A stretch of DNA of 64,000 nt from Planctomycetota bacterium. Lineage in GTDB: Bacteria; Planctomycetota; GCA-002687715; CAIWVZ01. This document shows positions 39,077 through 48,941 of this stretch, piece by piece; the first letter of the stretch is position 1; the number at the start of each line of letters is the position of its first letter. The stretch covers positions 192,001 to 256,000 of the forward strand of contig JBGANV010000005.1 of NCBI GenBank assembly GCA_044222185.1. Reading direction: 5' to 3'. The notes beneath the pieces are model-generated. The model made no database searches, had not been told where the DNA came from, and saw only the letters and a list, made by a program, of their open reading frames with translations. The translations under genes and the position numbers were made by a program.

Positions 39077-40129
39077 TCACGGCCCGGACAAGGCCCGCAC
39101 GGCCGCCGCCACGGCACCGACGACGGACGCCATCCGCGGATAGTCGAGCGTGTCCGGCGTATCCGACGCCTCGTGGTAGTTCGCGTTCCGATAGAACGCC
39201 GTGTCCGAAATCATCACGGCCGGATAACCGGCATCCCAGAAACTCGCGTGATCCGAGAAGTCGATCCCGGGTAGCGACCGCGGCGCGTTGATCGACCGAA
39301 CGTCGACCGTCGTCGCCGCCGCCATGGACCGCTTCACGGTCCGAACGAGCGAGGTCTCGCCGACGCGCCCCACGACGACGGCGAAATTCCCCCGCGACGG
39401 ATACAGCAGCGACAGCGGGGCGACCGGGTACCGCTGGCTTGCCGGCGCATCCGTGTAGAACCCGATCATCTCGAGGCACAGCATGGCGCGCACGACGACG
39501 CCCGACTTCTTCAGGGACTCGGCATAGACGGCGCTCCCCATGGCCGGCGCACGGAAGAACGGCGGTTCCTCCAGCGTGAAGGCCACCAGGTCGACGCGCG
39601 TCGCGAGTTTCGCGGATGCCAGGATGCGAGCGATCTCCAACAATCCGGCGACACCGCTCGCATTGTCGTCGGCGCCGATGCCCGGGCCCGCAGCGTCGTA
39701 GTGCGCGCCGACGACGACCCGCGGGCCGTCCGATGGTCCGACGTGAGCGACGACGTTCTGATACCGCTCCCGCGAAGCCGTGAAGACCTGGCGTTCGGAC
39801 GCGACCCCGGCGGACGCGAAACCACCTGCGATGAAGTCGGCGGCGAGGTCGAGGTTCTGGCGGTGCGACGCCGTCCGCGGCGCGAGGCTGACGAGGCGCT
39901 CCACCGTCGTCCGCAGACTGCTTGGATCGACGGCCAAAGTCGTCGCAACCGTCTCGACGCCGAAGATCGGCTGCGCAACGTAGAAGGCACCGCCGAGCGA
40001 GAGGGCGAGCGAGGCGACGGTGAACCGGAAGACGAAGCGGCGGTACCAGGGGCGAACACGAGGTCCCGCGGCGCGGCCCTGGGCGCCACCCGTCGCCGAC
40101 GACACCGCCGAGCCATGATTTCGTTCCAT
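39077..40129 (-). CDS. M28 family metallopeptidase
   Basis: VVGAHYD, GADDNASG, FTLEE, LEMIG, SDH, YH...DT. Confidence 0.92.
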   Translation of the reverse strand: MERNHGSAVSSATGGAQGRAAGPRVRPWYRRFVFRFTVASLALSLGGAFYVAQPIFGVETVATTLAVDPSSLRTTVERLVSLAPRTASHRQNLDLAADFIAGGFASAGVASERQVFTASRERYQNVVAHVGPSDGPRVVVGAHYDAAGPGIGADDNASGVAGLLEIARILASAKLATRVDLVAFTLEEPPFFRAPAMGSAVYAESLKKSGVVVRAMLCLEMIGFYTDAPASQRYPVAPLSLLYPSRGNFAVVVGRVGETSLVRTVKRSMAAATTVDVRSINAPRSLPGIDFSDHASFWDAGYPAVMISDTAFYRNANYHEASDTPDTLDYPRMASVVGAVAAAVRALSGP

Positions 40130-40292
40130 CTCGCTCCTCTCGAATCATCCGCCGCGAATCGCAAGCACGCCCCATGCCCGTAATCGCAACCCCATGTCTG
40201 CCCGAGACGTGTCGCGAAGCCAGCGGACATTCCAGGCTCGCGCGCTGGAGTCGGTTCGGACCGCGGCATACCGTGGCCCCGTTCTCGCTGAT

Positions 40293-40465
40293 CCATGCCG
40301 AATGGAGATCTCGCCCAGAGAACTCCAGCGGGGGACCCAAAAGAAACGGTCTCGAAACGGACGGCGCAAGCCGGTCCAAAGTCGAGATCGCAGGGGCTAA
40401 TTCACCACGCCGGTGAACGGAGACGCAGCGCTCCGAGCCCGTCAGCTAACCTCGCAGGCGAACGC
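40293..40465 (+). ncRNA. c-di-AMP riboswitch (ydaO/yuaA class)
   Basis: Ordered conserved blocks: GCCGAAT (40297), GGGGGACCCA (40330), GGGGCTAAT (40393), CCGAGCCCGTCAGCTAACCTCGCAGGC (40433-40459). Confidence 0.85.
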
Positions 40466-40764
40466 TCGAGGCGGAACAGACGAAGGCATCGGCCGCGGAC
40501 TCGTGGCCGATCCGACGCCCGTTCCGAAACACATCATGATCCGCGCGACTCTGCTCGCGGCCCGCCGGCGCATCACGCAGCGCCGAACTTCCAGGCCCAA
40601 ACGTCACGACCACATCGCTCCCGATCAGACGTCCGATCAGGCGAGCGGTCACGCGTAGCCGCGAATTCAGGCCCATTCGCCGTCGCTGAACTGCGGCGGC
40701 CGGATTCCACATCTGTCGAGTTCTGCGACGCCGTTCGGCGTCCGCATGGAATGGAGGTCTCTTC

Positions 40765-42762
40765 ATGCTTCTCTTCGAGATCATCGGTGGCGCCTTGCTC
40801 CTCCTCGTGTTCCTCTTCCTCCGTTACGTCCCGAACAAGAGCGTCGGGATCGTGGAGAAACGCTGGGCCGCCAGGGGCTCCGTCACGTCCGGGATCATCG
40901 CCCTGAACGGCGAGGCGGGTTACCAGCCCGAGGTTCTGCGGGGTGGAGTCCATCTGCTGATGCGCGTCCAGAACCGTCTGCACATCGCACCCCTCGTGAC
41001 GATCCCGCAAGGCGAGATCGGTTACGTGTTCGCTCGCGACGGTCGACCCTTGCCCGCGACGCAAGCTCTCGCCTCGAACGTCGCCACCGGCTCCTTCGAG
41101 AACGTCCGCACGTTCCTCGTGAACAAGGGGCAGCGCGGTCCGCAGCGCCAGATCCTTCGAGAGGGAACCTATGCGATCAACCTGTCCCAGTTCGTCGTGA
41201 TCACGCGTGAGAAGACGTACTTCCTCCCTCTCGACCGCGACGACAAGGACGTCTTCGCGCGGATGTCGCGAATCATCATGGAACGTGAGGGGTTTCACCC
41301 GGTCGTCATCCGTGGCGCGGCCGACTCCGTGGGCATCGTCACCGTTCATGACGGACCTTCGCTCGCCGAGGGCGAGATCATCGCGCCTGCGGTGGGGACC
41401 GACCCGACGGACCGCGACACCTATCACAACAACTTCCAGGACGCGGAGAGGTTCCTGGAAGCCGGCGGCCAGCGGGGCCGGCAGCTCCAGGTGCTCGTCG
41501 AGGGCACCTACTACATCAACCGGCTGTTCGCGACGGTCGAGCTCACGCCCAAGACGACGGTCGACGTAGGCAGCGTCGGCGTCGTCGTCTGGTATGCGGG
41601 AAAGACGGGCACGGACCTGTCAGGAACCGACTACAAGCACGGCGAACTCGTGAAGAAGGGCGAGCGCGGCGTCTGGAGCGAGCCCCTCCTCCCCGGCAAG
41701 TACGCCTTCAACACCTACGCGGGAAAGGTCATCGTCGTCCCCACCACCAACATCATCCTCAAGTGGATCCGGACCGAGAGCGGCGCGCACCACTTCGACG
41801 AGAATCTCACCGAGGTGTCCCTCATCACGAAGGACGCCTTCGAGCCGTCGCTCCCGTTGTCCGTGGTGATCCACATCGACTATCGGAAAGCGCCGCTCGT
41901 GATCCAGCGTTTCGGCGACATCCGGCGTCTCGTGGAGCAGACGCTCGATCCCATGGTCTCCGCGTACTTCAAGAACATCGGCCAGACACGCACGTTGATC
42001 CAGCTGCTGCAGGATCGCAGTGCGATCCAGACGACGGCTGGCGAGGAAATGAAGATCAAGTTCGCGCACTACAACCTGGAGCTCGAGGAAGTGCTCATCG
42101 GCACGCCGGTGTCGCCGCCCAACGACGATCGCATCGAGGTCATCCTCGGCCAGTTGCGCGCGCGGCAGGTCGCCGAAGAGCAGGTCGAGACCTACCGCCG
42201 GCAGGAACAGGCGGCGGTGAAGGAGCGCGAGCTGAGAGAGGCCGAGGCCCGCGCCCGCCAGCAACAGGCGCTGACGGAATCCGAGATCGGCATCGCGATC
42301 CAGGGCAACGAGGGTCGCGCGGAGTACGCACGTGCGCTCCAGAAGGCGTCGCAGGTGCGAGCACTCGCCGAGGCCGAAGCGGAACGCGCGGCGCGGGTCG
42401 GTATCGGCGAGGCGATCGCGATCGAGGAACAGGTCCGGGCCTACGGCGGCCCCCAGTTCCAGCTCACACAGCAGGTCATGCAGAGGTTCGCGCAAGCCAT
42501 CGAGACGTCGCGCGTGGACGTCGTCCCCAAGATCGTCCTCGGCGGGGGCAAGGACGGTGTCGGCGGATCGAGCAACGTCCTCGAAGGCCTGCTCACCATG
42601 CTCCTCGCCGATCGCCTCGGTGACGCGACCACGGTCTCGACGACGAGCGAACGCGGAGAGGACGCGGAGCGCCTTCGCGCCGAGCTGCGCAACCGGTTGA
42701 CGGCCAAGAGGAAGGACGACACGCCGCCGGCCGATCCGGCGGCACCGAGGCCCGCAGGCTGA
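40765..42762 (+). CDS. SPFH/flotillin family membrane protein
   Basis: GGAGG RBS; N-terminal TM; three repeated G.RG.Q...L..G.Y.IN units; band-7 region; EA-rich coiled coil. Confidence 0.9.
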   Translation: MLLFEIIGGALLLLVFLFLRYVPNKSVGIVEKRWAARGSVTSGIIALNGEAGYQPEVLRGGVHLLMRVQNRLHIAPLVTIPQGEIGYVFARDGRPLPATQALASNVATGSFENVRTFLVNKGQRGPQRQILREGTYAINLSQFVVITREKTYFLPLDRDDKDVFARMSRIIMEREGFHPVVIRGAADSVGIVTVHDGPSLAEGEIIAPAVGTDPTDRDTYHNNFQDAERFLEAGGQRGRQLQVLVEGTYYINRLFATVELTPKTTVDVGSVGVVVWYAGKTGTDLSGTDYKHGELVKKGERGVWSEPLLPGKYAFNTYAGKVIVVPTTNIILKWIRTESGAHHFDENLTEVSLITKDAFEPSLPLSVVIHIDYRKAPLVIQRFGDIRRLVEQTLDPMVSAYFKNIGQTRTLIQLLQDRSAIQTTAGEEMKIKFAHYNLELEEVLIGTPVSPPNDDRIEVILGQLRARQVAEEQVETYRRQEQAAVKERELREAEARARQQQALTESEIGIAIQGNEGRAEYARALQKASQVRALAEAEAERAARVGIGEAIAIEEQVRAYGGPQFQLTQQVMQRFAQAIETSRVDVVPKIVLGGGKDGVGGSSNVLEGLLTMLLADRLGDATTVSTTSERGEDAERLRAELRNRLTAKRKDDTPPADPAAPRPAG

Positions 42763-42766
42763 TACC

Positions 42767-42803
42767 CGCGGCCCGCACCCCCCGGTGCGGGCCGCGCTCT
42801 TTT
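42767..42803 (+). terminator. Intrinsic terminator
   Basis: CGCGGCCCGCACC-CCCC-GGTGCGGGCCGCG followed by CTCTTTT, just after the flotillin stop. Confidence 0.75.
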
Positions 42804-42925
42804 CCGCCGGCGCGAGCCCGCCAATCCCGCGCGCGGCCTCAAGTTTCGAGGGCCGGCTCCCGAAAAGGCTTCGGGGGGCATTCCGTCCCCAGATGCCATC
42901 GACCGAGGGAAAGGGAGCCGGCGAA

Positions 42926-45900
42926 ATGCCCGCGACGAGTTGGACGTGCATCGCTGCATCCGTTGATCGGATCCGCCAGTGGAAGCCCGCTTCCGTGCTC
43001 GACCTGGAGTGCCGCACGGCGCGGTTTGGGTTCGTTTGCCGGGACGTCCTCGACGGAATCGACTGCGCGTCCGACACGGCGACGCAGGGACCGGTGCGCC
43101 TCGAAGGAATCACGCCGGGAACCTCTTCCCTCACCCCACTGCACGAGAATCTCTACGACCGCGTGCACGCCGGGGATCCATGCACCGTCATCGCACGGCT
43201 GCGCGACACGTTCGACCTGATCATCCTCGGTGACGCGCTCGCCGATCTCGGCGAAGAGGACGGCGTCGATCTCCTGCGAGCTGCGCTGGACCGACTCACG
43301 TCCGCGGGCCACGTGATCGCCGTGGTCCCCGCGAGCGGCATTGCGCGCGGCGCGGGAGTCGTCGCGGGGTCGGACTGGACGGCGGCTGCGATCGAACGGC
43401 TCGGGCCGGATGGAATCACGATCCGCACGGTCGCGGGAGTGACGGACCGCGTCGTCGTCGAGTTCACGCCTGCATGCCGGCCGGCCTTGAAGCCTCGGCG
43501 AACGCCGCCCCCCGGCGCGCGGCTCACCATCGCCCTCGCGACCCACGAGTATCCGGCGACGGGAGCTCCCACGGGCGGACTCGGCGTCTACGTGCAGACG
43601 ATCGCGCGCGAGTTCGTGCGCCGCGGCCACGAGGTCCACGTCGTCACGTGTTCCCAGGGAGCCGGCCGAACGACGTGGGACGACTGCGGAGTGCGCCTGC
43701 ACGCGGTCGACCATGCGGCGCCGGACGCCCGCGACCCGGGGAGCCTTCTCGACTACAGCCGCGCCGTCGCCGAACGCATCCGCGCGTTGGACCAGACGCA
43801 CCGCTTCGACGTGGTCGAATTCCAGGAGTGGGCCGGTGAAGGCTGGGCGTATCACCCGCGTCGCGACCAGCTGCTGTCGCTTCGGATCCAAGCGCCGTCG
43901 TTCTTCGTCCGTCGTCACGAGTACGGCTCGGGATCGCCGAGCGAGTTTCGTGTGGATGAGATCGAACGGTGGCCACTGGAACGCGCCGACCTCGTCACGG
44001 CACCTTCGCGCTACATCGCCGACGTCGTGACGAAGGCCTGGTGCGTGGATGGCCCATCCGTGGTGATCCTGCCGAACGGCATCGACCCCGAGCAGTTCCC
44101 TCGAGCCGCCGATCGGCCCGAGACGGACGCGCCCCTCGTCCTTTGCGTCAACCGACTGACGCCCATCAAGGGTCCCGACGTGTTCGTCCGCGCGGCGGCC
44201 CAGGTGCACCGCCGTTTCCCCAAGGCGCGGTTCCGCATGGTCGGCCGTCTGGGCGAGATCGATGGAAAGCCCTCCGACGTCCGTCTCCGTGAACTCGCCG
44301 CCGACCTTGGGCTCCCGATCGATCGTCTCGAGATCGCCGGCGCCGCACAGCGGGATCGTCTGCCGGCGGAGCTTGCCGCCGCCGACGTCTGCGTGAACCC
44401 CTCACGAGACGAGAGCTACTCGTACACGAGTGCCGAAGCGCTCGCCGCCGGGCGTGCGTGCGTCCTCAGCGGAGGCATGGGAATCACCGAGCACCTCCGC
44501 GATGGCGACGACTGCTTCATCGTCCCCGCCGGCGATGCGGAGGCTCTCGCCGACCGGATCGTCCGCCTGCTCTCGAACGCCGGGCTGCGGCGTCGCATGG
44601 GCGCCAGCGCCCGTCGCGCCGCGCAGACGCGACTTTCGGCCGCACACGCCGCCGAACTCGCCGAAGCAGCCTATCGCGAGCGCCTCGCGGTGATCCGCGC
44701 ACGCCCCGCCGTCCCCCGCGCCGAGATCAACCTGGCGGTCCTCACGTGGAACGGGCTTGCGGACACGAAGCGCTGCCTCGAGAGCCTCCGCCGGACGACG
44801 CCCGCGCCATACAACGTCTTCATCCTCGACAACGGATCGAGTGATGGCACCGTCGAGTGGCTTCGCTCGCAGAATGATCCGGTCTGGCAGATCATTCCGA
44901 GCCCGGTGAACCTCGGCGTGGGCGGGGGCCGCACGCGGCTCATCCTCGAGATGCTCCCCCATGTCAAGGACGGCTCCTTCGCCGTCTTCCTCGACAACGA
45001 CATGGAGCTCCTCGAAGGTTGGTACCAGCCATTCGTCGATCTCTTCGCCTCCAACCCGGATGCGGGGATCGCCTCGGCCGCAGGACACGCGATCATCGTC
45101 AACGACGAGACGCGTGACCTCCTGGCCGGCCCGACGGGCGCGCCGGCGCAAGTGGACGTGGCCTCCGGCGGCTACTGCTGCTGGGTCCGTGCCGAGGCGC
45201 TCCGCAGCATCGGCGTGTTCGACCCGGCGCTCGGCCGGTTCTGGCACGAGGACGACGACTACTCCGTCCGTGCAATCCATCGCGGCTTCGAGGTCTGGGC
45301 GATCCCCGGCGTACCCGTGATCCACCACGAGCACGGAACGGGCGTCGCACTCCCCGCGGTGGCCGGCGGCGGCTCTCCGGACAACCAGCGATACCTCTGC
45401 GCCAAGTGGAGGCGCCTGGGATTCATCGACGAGCAAGGTCAGGTCATCCGCCCCGACATGCAGGCGGATGCCGCCATCGCGCGCGAGGTCGGCGAACGAC
45501 TGGGACGCACCGGCTCCATCCCTCGCGAAGAGCTGGTCCGGGCGAGCGGCGATCTGGCCGCACTGGTCCAGTCGTCGAACCTCGAAGTGCACATGGCCAC
45601 GCATCGAGCCGACATCACGCCGACGTTCGTGGCGCTTCTCGACGTCCTCGCGTCGAGAGCGGACGCCACCGGGACCTGTGATCTCGCAGAGGCCTACCGG
45701 CAGATCCGTGACGCGGCCGAGCATCATCGTCACAGCCAGGCGATGAAGACGGTCCTGGTCCTCCCGCCGGATCGCCGCGGCGCGCACGCGGCTGCGTCGC
45801 TATCCAAGCTCTGCGACGCCGCCGACTGGGACACACCGTCGTGGCTCGCGGTCGCGGGAGGCGTGTTCCGCGATCAGGGAGGCCGTGACTACTACCGCCG

Positions 45901-46585
45901 CCACCGGAAGGTGTGGGAGTACACGCAGACGTGGATGGCGCTCGACGCGGCGGACGTGCTTCGCTCCGATGCGCGCGTGCTCGTCGTCCACGCCGGCGTC
46001 GAGACGATCACGTTCGCCCTGGCACGCCGCGTGGCGTCGGTCGTCGCCGTCGACAGGTGGGGCAACCGACCCGGCGCACCGGCGACGATGCTCCGCGCCC
46101 CCGAGACGCACACACCGTTCCCCTACCCGAGCGAAGTGCTGTCCGTCCGGCCCCTGACCGACGAGCTCGACGAGTTCGAAGAGGGCGAATTCGACGCCGT
46201 CATCGTCTGCTCGCTGCACGCCTGCGGATCGGTGACGCAGGCCGGGCGACTGCTCCGAGGACTGGAGAGGGTCGTGAAACCGGGGGGCACCGGGGTTCTC
46301 GTGGCCGAGGTCATCCTGAACGGCGTGGCCAATCCTCCGTTCCTGCGGCCTCACGAGATCCTGGGTCTCCTCGATGGCACGGAGTTCGACCCCGCGGAAC
46401 CGTTCGACTTCACCATCAGCGCCGCCACACTCGATGGGTTCGTCGATGCGGCCGTCAACCCGTCCAAAGTGCCTCACCTCGTGGTGAAGCTCGGCCCGGC
46501 ACTCTTCACCTCCGGCGTCTTCGTCCTCGAACGACGGCCGGCGCCGGTCCCGATGGAGCCCGACGCCGCCGCACCTCGCGTGTGA
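42926..46585 (+). CDS. Multidomain glycosyltransferase (methyltransferase-like + GT4 + GT2 + methyltransferase-like)
   Basis: GT4: HEYP...GGLG.Y, PNGID, KG, PSRDESYSYTSAEALAAG. GT2: VLTWN, LDNGSSDGT, FLDND, WHEDDDY. Both terminal domains are MTase-like (FDLIILGD; FDAVI...VVKPGG). Confidence 0.85.
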   Translation: MPATSWTCIAASVDRIRQWKPASVLDLECRTARFGFVCRDVLDGIDCASDTATQGPVRLEGITPGTSSLTPLHENLYDRVHAGDPCTVIARLRDTFDLIILGDALADLGEEDGVDLLRAALDRLTSAGHVIAVVPASGIARGAGVVAGSDWTAAAIERLGPDGITIRTVAGVTDRVVVEFTPACRPALKPRRTPPPGARLTIALATHEYPATGAPTGGLGVYVQTIAREFVRRGHEVHVVTCSQGAGRTTWDDCGVRLHAVDHAAPDARDPGSLLDYSRAVAERIRALDQTHRFDVVEFQEWAGEGWAYHPRRDQLLSLRIQAPSFFVRRHEYGSGSPSEFRVDEIERWPLERADLVTAPSRYIADVVTKAWCVDGPSVVILPNGIDPEQFPRAADRPETDAPLVLCVNRLTPIKGPDVFVRAAAQVHRRFPKARFRMVGRLGEIDGKPSDVRLRELAADLGLPIDRLEIAGAAQRDRLPAELAAADVCVNPSRDESYSYTSAEALAAGRACVLSGGMGITEHLRDGDDCFIVPAGDAEALADRIVRLLSNAGLRRRMGASARRAAQTRLSAAHAAELAEAAYRERLAVIRARPAVPRAEINLAVLTWNGLADTKRCLESLRRTTPAPYNVFILDNGSSDGTVEWLRSQNDPVWQIIPSPVNLGVGGGRTRLILEMLPHVKDGSFAVFLDNDMELLEGWYQPFVDLFASNPDAGIASAAGHAIIVNDETRDLLAGPTGAPAQVDVASGGYCCWVRAEALRSIGVFDPALGRFWHEDDDYSVRAIHRGFEVWAIPGVPVIHHEHGTGVALPAVAGGGSPDNQRYLCAKWRRLGFIDEQGQVIRPDMQADAAIAREVGERLGRTGSIPREELVRASGDLAALVQSSNLEVHMATHRADITPTFVALLDVLASRADATGTCDLAEAYRQIRDAAEHHRHSQAMKTVLVLPPDRRGAHAAASLSKLCDAADWDTPSWLAVAGGVFRDQGGRDYYRRHRKVWEYTQTWMALDAADVLRSDARVLVVHAGVETITFALARRVASVVAVDRWGNRPGAPATMLRAPETHTPFPYPSEVLSVRPLTDELDEFEEGEFDAVIVCSLHACGSVTQAGRLLRGLERVVKPGGTGVLVAEVILNGVANPPFLRPHEILGLLDGTEFDPAEPFDFTISAATLDGFVDAAVNPSKVPHLVVKLGPALFTSGVFVLERRPAPVPMEPDAAAPRV

Positions 46586-46622
46586 TCCTGAGCCGCGAGG
46601 GCGTCGCCGCCGGGTTCGACGA

Positions 46623-48197
46623 TCATCGCAGCGCGTCCTCTGCCGCCTTGCGAACGGCGGCGTCGTACGACGAACTCTGAGCGATCGCCCGCAGCCGTTC
46701 CCGCGCGAGCGGCGTCGCGACCTGGCGGTAGTACTCGATCGCCATGGTGACGATCTGCTTCTTTCCGTTGAACTGGGCGACCGTCGCATCGATGATCGAC
46801 ATGACGTTCTCGTTCCCAAGGAGCGCGATATTCGCGCCGAGCGTCGCACGTGCAGTGGCATCGCCCGACGTGTCGTTGATCCACGCGAGGGTCTGCTCAA
46901 GCCCTCGCTGATCGCCGTACTTGCACAGTCCCCACAGCCCGTTGACCTTCGCGGCCCACGAGCGATTGGCATCGACGATCTCGCGCAGCGCGTCGACCGC
47001 ACCGGGCTGATCGAGAAGCGCGAGCGCGTGCCCCGCCATGTTCGCCGCCATCTCGTCCGTGTCCTTCAACGCCTGATCGAGCAGCCCGGGGATCGAGGCC
47101 GGATCCCCCATGTCCTCGAGCAACTTGGCCGCGAGGAACCGGTCCTTCGCGTCCTCGGACTTCAGCAGCTGAAGGACCGCGTCGGTTCCATCCTTGCCGA
47201 GGCCTTTCAGATCGGCGACGAGGTCGGCCATCTTGCCCGGCGAGATCAGCGCTTGGAGCGAGCTCTTCAACTTCAGGTCGCTGATCCGCGCCATCACGCT
47301 CTGAACCGTGACGCCTTTCTTCTGAACGAGCTCCGACGCCAGCTTCTCGCCGTCCTTCTTCGCGGCGGCGAGTTTCTTTTCCAGCTCGGCGAGCTTCCGC
47401 TCCGCTTGCGCACGGAGCGTCCGCTCCGCGGCGAGCTCTGCGGCAGTCGAGTCGGCGGGGCGAGTCTCCGGCTTGGTGATGATCAGCGGCTTCTCGATCG
47501 CCGCGAGCGTCGTCGGTCGGGAGTCGGAGGGAGACGTGACGTCCACCTGCCCCGCGTGCATGAGTACGGCGACGATCGCGCCGCCCGCAATGAACGCACC
47601 ACTTGGAATCAGCCACTGTTTCGACATGGACATGCCTCCGGAAGTATCGGATTCGATCTCGCAATCGGCGCTGGCCGACGCATGGACCTCGACGTCGTTC
47701 ACGCGAACGATGACGGGCTGTTTGGTTTGGATCCGCGTGTAGCCGTCCTCGACGGACAGGACCGCAGGGAACCCCGGCTCGTAGCTGACGCTCACCCCGT
47801 CGCGCAGCTCGGCAGTGACCACGTGACCGAACTCGACCAGCCCTCGTGCGTGCCTGGGCACGGAAACGACCGCCGGAACGTCACTCGGCAAACGGCGCAT
47901 CCCCGCGGCCAGGAGCTGGGCCTCCCCTGGTGCAGCCACCGGAGGCACGGGGCGTGCCGATTCTTCCACGCCCCAGATGATCGCGGCGCCGAGCAGTGCC
48001 GCCGCAGCGGCGCGCGTCCACGCCTGAAATCTCCCGGGCCGCGTGGAGGTCGCGTCGAGTTCCCGCCGCAGCTTCGCGGCCTCCCCGAGGAGTTGCTCGC
48101 GCAGCCTGGCCCGGAACATCGGATCCGCGACGACTGGCTCGTGGGCCTCGTTGAGGAGACGGTCGACGTTCCGATCGAAGTCCTGGTCCCGGCTCAT
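46623..48197 (-). CDS. Putative anti-sigma factor (FecR-like region, coiled coil, HEAT repeats)
   Basis: ATGA overlap with the ECF sigma gene; N-terminal DPMFRARLREQL, then TM (AAAAALLGAAIIW); C-terminal HEAT-like repeats (RFLAAKLLEDMGDPASIPGLL). Confidence 0.72.
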   Translation of the reverse strand: MSRDQDFDRNVDRLLNEAHEPVVADPMFRARLREQLLGEAAKLRRELDATSTRPGRFQAWTRAAAAALLGAAIIWGVEESARPVPPVAAPGEAQLLAAGMRRLPSDVPAVVSVPRHARGLVEFGHVVTAELRDGVSVSYEPGFPAVLSVEDGYTRIQTKQPVIVRVNDVEVHASASADCEIESDTSGGMSMSKQWLIPSGAFIAGGAIVAVLMHAGQVDVTSPSDSRPTTLAAIEKPLIITKPETRPADSTAAELAAERTLRAQAERKLAELEKKLAAAKKDGEKLASELVQKKGVTVQSVMARISDLKLKSSLQALISPGKMADLVADLKGLGKDGTDAVLQLLKSEDAKDRFLAAKLLEDMGDPASIPGLLDQALKDTDEMAANMAGHALALLDQPGAVDALREIVDANRSWAAKVNGLWGLCKYGDQRGLEQTLAWINDTSGDATARATLGANIALLGNENVMSIIDATVAQFNGKKQIVTMAIEYYRQVATPLARERLRAIAQSSSYDAAVRKAAEDALR

Positions 48198-48892
48198 GGT
48201 CTTTCATCTCCCAGGCGCGCTTTCGCGAACACTCGCACGAGCCTCGCGAACGCCACTTTCGCCCGCTGCACCGTGGACTCCACCGCCTTCGGCGACCTCC
48301 GACTCATCTCGGCGATTTCGACGAACGATCGCCCGTCGACGTACTTGTGGAGGAGCGCGGTCCGGTAGTTCTCGGGGAGCTGCGACATGGCCGCGTCGAC
48401 GACGCCGCGCGTCTCCTCGGCCCGCAGGACGGCGTCGGGCAGGGCCGTCGACTCGATCCGCTGGAGGGCCGCCGATACCGCCGGATCGCCGGAAGCCTGT
48501 CTCTCCCGCAGCCGCCGTTTCGACCGATCACGGACCTTCTCGCGCACCTTGTTCTTCGCGATCCCGCAAAGCCACGTGTAGAGCGACGACCGGCCGTCGA
48601 AGGCACGAATCTGCCGGAGAGCCGTCAGGAATGTGTCGGAGACGACGTCCTCGACCTCCGCCCTCACGCCCCCGAGCCGATGGAACACGAATCCAAAAAC
48701 GCCGTCGAAGTGCTCGCGATAGAAGCAATCGACCTCGACGGGATCGCCCCGACCGAGCCGCAGAATGCGTTCCCGCTCCGTCAGCGACTTCACGATCGAC
48801 GTCTGATCCACTGCCAGCACGAACACCCCACGACGCTGCGCCATCGGCACGGCAGCGATGTGTGCGCCGAGCTCGCGACTTCCTTCGCGCAT
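48194..48892 (-). CDS. ECF RNA polymerase sigma factor
   Basis: Region 2 EDVVSDTFL...FDGRSSLYTWLCGIAKN; region 4 LPENYRTALLHKYVDGRSFVEIA. Confidence 0.92.
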   Translation of the reverse strand: MREGSRELGAHIAAVPMAQRRGVFVLAVDQTSIVKSLTERERILRLGRGDPVEVDCFYREHFDGVFGFVFHRLGGVRAEVEDVVSDTFLTALRQIRAFDGRSSLYTWLCGIAKNKVREKVRDRSKRRLRERQASGDPAVSAALQRIESTALPDAVLRAEETRGVVDAAMSQLPENYRTALLHKYVDGRSFVEIAEMSRRSPKAVESTVQRAKVAFARLVRVFAKARLGDERP

Positions 48893-48941
48893 CGGGAGGA
48901 AAAATCACGCGCCCCAGGGGCGGATTGGCGCCCGCCACGAC

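Noticed and set aside
40413-40658. Small ORF between the riboswitch and the flotillin gene
   Set aside because: It overlaps the riboswitch, has no convincing RBS and shows no recognisable protein features.
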